64,000 nucleotides of DNA from positions 32,001 through 96,000 of the IMG/VR virus record IMGVR_UViG_3300028384_000991; one strand, given 5' to 3'. Both the position numbers and the translations under genes were made by a program. The notes under the pieces are model-generated. The model did not search any database, was not told where the DNA came from, and saw only the letters and a program-made list of their open reading frames with translations. The DNA is from a virus. Shown here piece by piece: positions 57,500-64,000 of the stretch (positions within the stretch are counted from its first letter, which is position 1; every line of letters starts with the position of its first letter).

Positions 57500-57909
57500 T
57501 ATACGCAATCACCTTCAACAAATAAACTTGGTTGTCTTGGATCAGGAACAGTATACTTTTGCATATGTGGAATAACACCACGTACACCGCCCTTAGGATC
57601 TGCCATATCGCCTTTGCGTCTTGGAATTAAATGTACGTGTGGCCACATAACAGTTTGTCCGGCTTCTTTGCCAACATTCTGTCCTAAGTTGTAACTATCA
57701 CAGTAGCCTTTTTGTACCCAATCGTATCCCCAAGCATAAGCGGCCTTGTAACACTTTTCTAATTTCTCCCAAGTTTCTTCTTTAGGAACAAAAAGAATAT
57801 GTCCTTCTGTAACCGGAAAGCCATCTCTAAATACTGTAAAATCTTTTGTATCAACAAGCACGTCTTTCCAAGGTACTTCGCTAAATGAATTAATGTTTTG
57901 CTGGCTCAT
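57499..57909 (-). CDS. HIT-family nucleotide hydrolase
   Basis: D.FPVTEGH.LFVPK, N.G..AGQTV.WPHVHLIPRR.GD. Confidence 0.85.
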   Translation of the reverse strand: MSQQNINSFSEVPWKDVLVDTKDFTVFRDGFPVTEGHILFVPKEETWEKLEKCYKAAYAWGYDWVQKGYCDSYNLGQNVGKEAGQTVMWPHVHLIPRRKGDMADPKGGVRGVIPHMQKYTVPDPRQPSLFVEGDCV

Positions 57910-58609
57910 ATGTTTCCTCATAAAAATGACAACTATACCCTTTGCCGTTAGTATCGCCGCCTTGGTTATCAACTTCAATTTCTTTTTCACCGTATGTAAC
58001 TTTTTCAATTACACATTCACCGTTTGGTAATTCCATTTCGTGTACCACAAGTTTTTTAACATCAAACTGTTCGCCTTTAAGATGTAAAATACCATCAAAG
58101 AATGTTCCTTTTTCATGGCTGATCATTTGTGCATACCAACCTTTAGGTAGTACTGCATACTCGTCATTAATTGTAGAATCAATCTCATGCTCGTCATACA
58201 GTTCTTCATAATTTACATTTTCGCAAATAGTATTCAATATCTTAGAATTATATTCTGCACTGTCAACTTCTTCTATAGTAATATTTGCATTGCCAGTTAC
58301 AACTCCAAAAGTGTGCAGTTCTTCATTTGGTGATTCATACCATTGAGCGTGTTGTTCGTATTCCGAATCCCATAGGAAGTCTGCTTCTTGTGGAATGTCA
58401 TGTGTTTTGCGAAATTCTTCTGCATCTGCCATATATTCGTCTGCACTAATATCATCGTCCTTTGTTTCGTTCCACCATTCTGCACATTTCTCACTGATAG
58501 GACACCATGCCATTTCAGCACCATAACCCCAGGCAGTAATTCTAATAAATGTTTCTGGCTTGCGAATATTTTCTAACAGTTCAAGATTTTCTTCAGTAGT
58601 AAAAGACAT
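57890..58609 (-). CDS. Hypothetical acidic protein
   Basis: GGAG SD before ATG 58609; GYGAE and EKGTFF motifs. Confidence 0.65.
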   Translation of the reverse strand: MSFTTEENLELLENIRKPETFIRITAWGYGAEMAWCPISEKCAEWWNETKDDDISADEYMADAEEFRKTHDIPQEADFLWDSEYEQHAQWYESPNEELHTFGVVTGNANITIEEVDSAEYNSKILNTICENVNYEELYDEHEIDSTINDEYAVLPKGWYAQMISHEKGTFFDGILHLKGEQFDVKKLVVHEMELPNGECVIEKVTYGEKEIEVDNQGGDTNGKGYSCHFYEETYEPAKH

Positions 58610-59136
58610 TAATAAACTCCTACGTTTTCCCAAGGATAAACAAGCCATACATCCTCTTCTGCTTTGTTTACTTCATCGCAAGAGTATGATACACCGTCAA
58701 ACTCACTGCTTAAATTTTCTGTTAATGTTGCAAAGCGAACATTGTCTCCCCAAACGTTTGCCCAGTGTTCATGATGAGGCAAACAACTTGATTGCCAATC
58801 TTCCATAATCCACTTAAACGTAGCACCTGTGTCATTAATGTCATCTACAATAAGAATATTCTTTTTGTTTTCACCACCATCGCTGTCAGGATTGCCAAAT
58901 GCATCTTCGCTCATCCAAGCATTAGTTTCTAAATGGCTTGCACTATCTCGTAGTGCAACCTTAAGTGCTTCGCAACGAATGCCAGTCATATTTGAAATAA
59001 TAGTAGCAGGAACATTGCCGCCGCGTGTAATACCTACAATATAATCAGGACGCCAGTTGTCTTTGTACATTTGATTTACAATACTGACGCACATATTTTC
59101 TACGTCTTGCCAACTATAGTAGTGTTTCTTAATCAT
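58609..59136 (-). CDS. Purine phosphoribosyltransferase (xanthine-guanine PRT-like)
   Basis: IVGITRGG, ILIVDDINDTGAT PRPP motif, WLVYPWE. Confidence 0.85.
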   Translation of the reverse strand: MIKKHYYSWQDVENMCVSIVNQMYKDNWRPDYIVGITRGGNVPATIISNMTGIRCEALKVALRDSASHLETNAWMSEDAFGNPDSDGGENKKNILIVDDINDTGATFKWIMEDWQSSCLPHHEHWANVWGDNVRFATLTENLSSEFDGVSYSCDEVNKAEEDVWLVYPWENVGVY

Positions 59137-59767
59137 GACCCCTCCTAATTTCTAATAAGTCTTGATTTCCTTTTTCTACAATAATACCAGTTCCGTTTCC
59201 GAAACCTGCATTAACAAATTTAAGTGCAGGAACAAATCTTGCACTTGATCTAAAACCAGTAGCACTGTGGTTGATACTGCTTTTAAAAAAACAAAAGCGT
59301 CCAGGAATAGGCGCAACACTAACTACAAGTGGATTAGTATTTCCTTGAACATCTTTAAGTTCATAACCTTCTAAGTCTTCAGTTGTAATAAAAAACTTAG
59401 TTTCTCCTTTTTCGTCAGGTTGCCATTTGCTATTACAGTAATATAAAAGTGTCCAATCACAATCATCTTTGTGATAGTATGCATCTTCTCCTGTAGCAAA
59501 AAAGTTTAAATTGCTTCTACGATATTCTAAACCTTCAAGGTCTTCTAATTTTTCTTGCACAACATTCCAAAGAGTTGACCATGTATGTGTATGTTCAAAT
59601 TCAAAACATTGTAAACCTGTAGGAGGTTGATCTGGGTTATCTCTGGTACCCCATTTAAAACTTAAATTTTGTATTTCGTTTTCAAGGATTTGTATAACTT
59701 TAGGACTGAAGACATTGTCATATGTTTTGATCAAACCACCAAAATAATTTGTGCGTTTAATCTCCAT
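59129..59767 (-). CDS. 2OG-Fe(II) oxygenase (prolyl-hydroxylase-like)
   Basis: YYHKD, TLLYY.N..W....GET, P.PGR...F...I.H. Confidence 0.75.
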   Translation of the reverse strand: MEIKRTNYFGGLIKTYDNVFSPKVIQILENEIQNLSFKWGTRDNPDQPPTGLQCFEFEHTHTWSTLWNVVQEKLEDLEGLEYRRSNLNFFATGEDAYYHKDDCDWTLLYYCNSKWQPDEKGETKFFITTEDLEGYELKDVQGNTNPLVVSVAPIPGRFCFFKSSINHSATGFRSSARFVPALKFVNAGFGNGTGIIVEKGNQDLLEIRRGHD

Positions 59768-60272
59768 GCTTTGCTCCAATACCTAAATACTTCTCATTGT
59801 GTATCCACTTGTAACCGCGATCTTCAATTGTGTCACCACCATGCCAAGGAAGAAATCCCCATTCTTTTTGTTTACGACCCATGTAAAATAAACTTGTGCA
59901 AGGAATGTCGTTTCCGTCTTTGTCCTTGGCAAGTTCTAACCAATGCAGGTCATCTGCTTTTCTATAACGAAAATGTCCAGGACCTCTCCATACTCTTGTG
60001 CTACCAACAACTCCGCCTGTTGTAGAATTGCGTAATGGAATATGTTCCCAGTATCCACCCTTGAGAATAAGAGTAGCATAGTTCCAAGGATGATCATGTA
60101 ATGTAGGTTCATCTCCTACAAGGATTTTATGTAGTGTAATGTTGAAAGGAAATTTCTTTCTATCTTTTAGAAAAATATAATATCTAATAAGATACGGAAC
60201 CTTTCCATCTCTATCATAGATAGTTCTTTTACGTCCTAATAGTTCCATTAATTTAGAAAGGAATTTCATCAT
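59757..60272 (-). CDS. Cupin-fold protein
   Basis: LHKI...D...LHDHPW...LILKGGYWE...H. Confidence 0.65.
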   Translation of the reverse strand: MMKFLSKLMELLGRKRTIYDRDGKVPYLIRYYIFLKDRKKFPFNITLHKILVGDEPTLHDHPWNYATLILKGGYWEHIPLRNSTTGGVVGSTRVWRGPGHFRYRKADDLHWLELAKDKDGNDIPCTSLFYMGRKQKEWGFLPWHGGDTIEDRGYKWIHNEKYLGIGAKHGD

Positions 60273-60588
60273 CACCTCTATTTTTATAGTCGTCCTTGAC
60301 TAAGTTGTATACTTCAATAAACTTTTGGTATTGAATCTTTAATGCGGGATAAACTTTAACCATTTCTCCAATTTCATATTCAGTAGGCCATGCACCTAAA
60401 CTACTTGGCATATAATCGCCAGTAATTGTAAAACTTGGAGTTACGTGGGGGTGTGCATCATACTCATCATTGTTTAAAGAAACAGTATATGTTCCATCAG
60501 TTTCCCATGTATCATCTGTTGCTATAGTAATACCGTCTACCATACCTTGACTATCATACGAAACTTTGTAATTGTTATCATCACCCAT
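60253..60588 (-). CDS. Hypothetical protein, 111 aa
   Basis: ORF overlapping both neighbours. Confidence 0.6.
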   Translation of the reverse strand: MGDDNNYKVSYDSQGMVDGITIATDDTWETDGTYTVSLNNDEYDAHPHVTPSFTITGDYMPSSLGAWPTEYEIGEMVKVYPALKIQYQKFIEVYNLVKDDYKNRGDDEIPF

Positions 60589-61627
60589 TACTAATTGCCT
60601 TATATAATGCTTTACCTGAAAAGAACTCTGATTGTAATTTCTGTACTTGTTGTTGTACCGGAATAATATAATCTTTGTAATTTTCCATATAATTTGTAAT
60701 TTTAGCCATTAACTGACCCCTATTCAATTTATATGACTCAAAGTCTTTAGTCCATTCACTTGGATATTTGAATTCTTTTAGTGCCATTTCTGAATAACTT
60801 AATCTATCTGGAACCATAGGAATAGTACCTACAAGTGCGCCTTCGTACCAACTAATGCCGAGTGTTTCTTGTAGGTTAGCACTGAACACAAGTTTTGCAC
60901 GACCTAATAAATTATGATATTCATTTTTACTAAGTTCACGTTCTTGACACACAATAAATTCATATTGTGGTAATTGTTCTTTTAAATCTCTAAAAATTTC
61001 AACTTGCTTTTCTGGAGCAATACGATGCGGAAATAGTATTAAGTTTTCCTTAGGCATATTTTGATACATACTAAAACTATTTTTTAAGTACTCCATAGGC
61101 CAACCAACACGTTTAGTTTTACTTGGGTCCATCTTAAAACTTTTTGCAAACAAATCTATATGAAAGTCTGTAGCATAAAAGTTGTCATCAAACACTTCAT
61201 ACATACTTTGTTCTGCATGACGAACCCAAGGTTTATCACCTATAAGCCTGCCAAGGAAATCATGAGGATCATAACTACCAGCGTGCCAAAGGCCACCGAT
61301 TCTAATGTTACACCCCAGTAACTCAGCCATGTATTTAAGTTGGATAACAGTCGGGTTCCAAGCGTCCGTATATAGGAAATAATCTCCGTCATTTATTTCT
61401 CCTTTACAAAACATCTCTCCAATAGTTTCAAGTTGTTTTGATTTGTAAACATTTGTTCCACCGAAGTTAAGAAACGCCCCAGGTGTTGTAGCCTGAGGCG
61501 TCTCTCCTCCACTAATGACTTTGACGTCCATATTTGTAGCACGTTGAAGTTGCTTTGGAAGATGCTCTTTCCACTGCTTGGTGTAGCGTGTATCTACTGC
61601 TTCAATATCTACAATATAAACTGTCAT
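60581..61627 (-). CDS. GT-B (GT4-like) glycosyltransferase
   Basis: FPHRIAPEKQ, ETLGISWYEG (ExxGxxxxE) motif. Confidence 0.8.
   Translation of the reverse strand: MTVYIVDIEAVDTRYTKQWKEHLPKQLQRATNMDVKVISGGETPQATTPGAFLNFGGTNVYKSKQLETIGEMFCKGEINDGDYFLYTDAWNPTVIQLKYMAELLGCNIRIGGLWHAGSYDPHDFLGRLIGDKPWVRHAEQSMYEVFDDNFYATDFHIDLFAKSFKMDPSKTKRVGWPMEYLKNSFSMYQNMPKENLILFPHRIAPEKQVEIFRDLKEQLPQYEFIVCQERELSKNEYHNLLGRAKLVFSANLQETLGISWYEGALVGTIPMVPDRLSYSEMALKEFKYPSEWTKDFESYKLNRGQLMAKITNYMENYKDYIIPVQQQVQKLQSEFFSGKALYKAISNG
61240..61392 (-). CDS. Candidate nested +1-frame small membrane peptide (50 aa) inside the glycosyltransferase
   Basis: AAGGAG SD 6 nt before ATG 61392; MTEIISYIRTLGTRLLSNLNTWLSYWGVTLESVAFGTLVVMILMISLAGL; atypical host codons. 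Confidence 0.35.
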   Translation of the reverse strand: MTEIISYIRTLGTRLLSNLNTWLSYWGVTLESVAFGTLVVMILMISLAGL

Positions 61628-61854
61628 TAATGTCTCCTGTTGAACTTCTTTTTAAAGTTAGGACGTGGACGCTTGCCTTTCTTAAAATTGCAAAAGTTAC
61701 GCCACGCTTCACTTTTATTATTATACAAGTCGCGTTCGTCGAACTTGTATGCACGATGGTATCCTAACACCCAAGAACTCGCACAAAACTCTTTGAATGC
61801 TTCAAGATCGTTAAAGATCTTGTTATACGTTTCACGATCATACTTAATCGCCAT
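61627..61854 (-). CDS. Small basic hypothetical protein, 75 aa
   Basis: GAGGAG SD before ATG 61854. Confidence 0.65.
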   Translation of the reverse strand: MAIKYDRETYNKIFNDLEAFKEFCASSWVLGYHRAYKFDERDLYNNKSEAWRNFCNFKKGKRPRPNFKKKFNRRH

Positions 61855-61867
61855 TTCATAATACTCC

Positions 61868-62311
61868 TCAGTATTTTGCGTACTCGATATGGGCACCATT
61901 CTCGCCATCTTCACTGATGTCGATATGTACTTCTCTGCCCGGGAATTTTTCAGCGATCTTTTCATAAAGATCATCTGACATCATTTCACATGATTTGTAA
62001 TCTAAATTTAATGTACCTTCGCTATACAGTTTCTCCATCCATCGTTTAAATTGAATAAACTCAATATCTCTGTCGTTGTGTGTAACAGTGATACCTACTT
62101 TGAAATGAAAAATGTGTCTGTGTGGATAACCTAAAAATGACACATCATCCCATTCACCTGTTGCTAACTTAGGATCATCTAAGGCCGCAGGATACTTATG
62201 GATACCTTCCTTGCGGAATGTTACCCAAATCATTCTCTTTGCTGTTCGCATGATCTTTTCGTGTGTTTCTTGTTTCATTGCTTCTTTCATCATTGTATCA
62301 GTTATACTCAT
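61868..62311 (-). CDS. QueD-like T-fold protein with LxxxHRHxF motif (DpdL-like, putative CDG decarboxylase)
   Basis: EGIH, LGYPHRHIF, SCE, SEDGENG; true start may be downstream (MMKE) because the -10 box abuts 62311. Confidence 0.65.
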   Translation of the reverse strand: MSITDTMMKEAMKQETHEKIMRTAKRMIWVTFRKEGIHKYPAALDDPKLATGEWDDVSFLGYPHRHIFHFKVGITVTHNDRDIEFIQFKRWMEKLYSEGTLNLDYKSCEMMSDDLYEKIAEKFPGREVHIDISEDGENGAHIEYAKY

Positions 62312-62340
62312 ACTATACTACCTTTCGTCCTGTTTGTCAA
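62312..62340 (-). promoter_or_regulatory. Sigma70-type promoter TTGACA-17-TATAGT
   Basis: Near-consensus, upstream of the QueD-like/GT genes. Confidence 0.65.
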
Positions 62341-62866
62341 CCGGATTATCGTTTTCGTATTTGGACCAATCTGTAAACTTTGAACGATCCTGAAGTTCAT
62401 GGACCTGATGAATCCATACACCTAAATTGGTTGCTTTAAAGTCTTTGTCGTCAATCTTAATACAAGCATTATAATTAAGTTGATCAATATAAGGAAGTTT
62501 TACACTGATTTGACTAATGAAACGTGTCTTTTCGTTATATCCAGATTCAAGTACCCATTCGTGATACTTTACGTCATAGTCAAGTGTGACATGATATCCT
62601 TCTTCAAGCAAACCATAAATTAGTGTATCCCATGCTTTGTTTGTTTCATCATCACCGTGTGGTAATTTAACTTCGAAACTTTGATTAGCACCTAAGTAAA
62701 TATGATCTACATGAGTTTCTTTTGCTTTAGCAAGTACTTCATCCAACGGACGACAACCTACTATAAACAGTGTATCCATATCGTATGCTGGTGTTTTCTC
62801 TACTTCATAACCAGTAAAGTAAACAACATCATCTTTTACAACGCCTTCTGAATAATCACGTTTCAC
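62318..62866 (-). CDS. Hypothetical protein in the deazaguanine locus, 182 aa
   Basis: AAGGA SD; GTGA overlap; HIYLGANQSF motif. Confidence 0.7.
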   Translation of the reverse strand: MKRDYSEGVVKDDVVYFTGYEVEKTPAYDMDTLFIVGCRPLDEVLAKAKETHVDHIYLGANQSFEVKLPHGDDETNKAWDTLIYGLLEEGYHVTLDYDVKYHEWVLESGYNEKTRFISQISVKLPYIDQLNYNACIKIDDKDFKATNLGVWIHQVHELQDRSKFTDWSKYENDNPVDKQDER

Positions 62867-63057
62867 TTTTGAAATTCCTTCATTAAGTTTTCAATTTGAT
62901 CTTTAATTGCCAGTTTAGTTTTTTTTAACTTTAGTAAAAGACTTTTGTGTACAAAAGATCTATCATAGTTTCTTTCGTCCTCAAGTTCTTTTACTTTTGC
63001 ATCATACCATGCATGATGTTCTTTTAGTTTTTCGATTTTCTTACTTGCTTTTGCCAT
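62863..63057 (-). CDS. Small coiled-coil protein (DUF465/YdcH-like), 64 aa
   Basis: H..YD.KV.ELE...LKKTKL.IKD.I pattern; GAGGAG SD. Confidence 0.55.
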   Translation of the reverse strand: MAKASKKIEKLKEHHAWYDAKVKELEDERNYDRSFVHKSLLLKLKKTKLAIKDQIENLMKEFQK

Positions 63058-63058
63058 T

Positions 63059-64000
63059 TTATAACTCCTCAAAGAGGTTACCAAATTGCGTTTGGGCATT
63101 AACCGTCTTCTTTCCTGTAGCGCCTCGGGTGCCAATGATTGACATCCAAAACTTGTTAAATTCCTCAATTACAGCATTAGCCTCATCTCTGTTGTCAGTT
63201 GCAAAAATTGCTTCAACAACATCTCGGAAGAACAATCTGTCAAAACGTTCTTCTACAAGCATCGCTGGAATTGTACCTTGATCATACTGTCTGTTTGCTT
63301 CTTGTACTGCATTAATGTGACTCCAAACATTATGACCCATTTGAATAGCATAACTAAAACTATCCCAACTTGTTTTGCCTTCTTTGCCTATTTTGTTTAA
63401 ATCGCCTGGTGCGTAAATACAAACATCTTTTGCTTGTAAATTCTGTGTGATAGGACTGTTTAAGAAACTTCCGTGTTTTCCTTCTCTAACAAACGCATCT
63501 CCGAATGGTGTTGTATCTGTTGCAAGTGATTTGTCATCGATACTTGGAACCATTCTATAAACCCATTTCTTTCTGTCCTGAGTTTCAAGTTCACAGTAGA
63601 TCTGTCCATTAGCGGTTGCGAGGAAAGGCGAAGCACAATCAAATGTGATAGTAAAGTTTTCATTATGATATTTTCTTACTGCTCTTTGTATATCTGTAAG
63701 TAGTGTTGCCCACTCTAATTTACTTGTACCTAAGAAGTGCATAAAGTCGTGTTTGCCTTTTTCAAGCAAACCATCAAAACGTAGTGCAACCATTCTTTTA
63801 AGTACAAGGTGAACATCACACATATTCTGACCACCCATTGACCAACCATTAAAATGTGTGTCAGGATATTTTTTAGGATCACAGTAATCTTTCATTTGCT
63901 GATACCAATCTTCTGCATCAGCATGATTTTCTCCTTGCAATACATTTAAGAACTTGCAATTACCATTACGATTAGCCATAAAGTAATCGTTATTGATACG
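63059..64000 (-). CDS. TGT-fold guanine transglycosylase (DpdA-like), 5'-partial
   Basis: NVLQG, GWSMGG, HFLG, TFDCASP (TGT catalytic Asp region), HN; frame open to the window edge; adjacent to deazaguanine genes. Confidence 0.7.
   Translation of the reverse strand, partial: RINNDYFMANRNGNCKFLNVLQGENHADAEDWYQQMKDYCDPKKYPDTHFNGWSMGGQNMCDVHLVLKRMVALRFDGLLEKGKHDFMHFLGTSKLEWATLLTDIQRAVRKYHNENFTITFDCASPFLATANGQIYCELETQDRKKWVYRMVPSIDDKSLATDTTPFGDAFVREGKHGSFLNSPITQNLQAKDVCIYAPGDLNKIGKEGKTSWDSFSYAIQMGHNVWSHINAVQEANRQYDQGTIPAMLVEERFDRLFFRDVVEAIFATDNRDEANAVIEEFNKFWMSIIGTRGATGKKTVNAQTQFGNLFEEL

Noticed and set aside
55527-63168. N-terminal extensions in the ORF track (55787, 58008, 61974, 63168) as frameshift fusions
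   Set aside because: Downstream ATGs have strong SDs and no slippery sites were evident
63460-63663. 67-aa +1 ORF in the TGT-like gene
   Set aside because: No SD and no coupling
54634-64000. Auxiliary queuosine tRNA-modification pathway
   Set aside because: No queF, queA or queG in the window, and the TGT is divergent; DNA modification fits better, though not excluded
1-64000. Stop-codon reassignment, tRNAs, CRISPR arrays, introns or integrase
   Set aside because: Genes are intact under code 11 with all three stops used; intergenic gaps are too short and no such motifs were seen

Overview
AT-rich segment of a large tailed dsDNA phage genome (Caudoviricetes, myovirus-like, T4-type late promoters). 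It is densely coding, uses the standard code, and shows no tRNA, CRISPR array or integrase. (1) 1-14436 (+): virion structural module with a partial >2380-aa protein, three paralogous tail-fibre-like proteins and two smaller structural genes. (2) 14462-43583: ~29-kb island of ~36 genes, mostly tailoring enzymes: 8 radical SAM proteins, 8 2OG-Fe(II)/cupin oxygenases, 6 glycosyltransferase-like proteins, UDP-sugar dehydrogenase, amidinotransferase, two PLP aminotransferases, QueC-like ATPase, methyltransferase, kinase-, SDR-, SGNH- and GNAT-like proteins. It lies between tail-fibre genes and carries late TAA(A/G)TA promoters, several placed 5 nt before the start codon. It most plausibly makes a complex glycan or other modification of the virion (inference). 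(3) 43580-64000 (-): a tail-fibre-like gene, then genes with consensus sigma70 promoters: MoxR ATPase/VWA pair, nuclease, RNase H, and a 7-deazaguanine DNA-modification locus (folE, queE, QueD-like LxxxHRHxF protein, TGT/DpdA-like) with a GT-B glycosyltransferase, phosphoribosyltransferase and HIT hydrolase. The best novelty candidates are the late enzyme island, a possibly glycosylated deazaguanine DNA modification, and nested +1-frame genes with their own Shine-Dalgarno sites, especially inside queE. All functional calls are by motif recognition without database searches.
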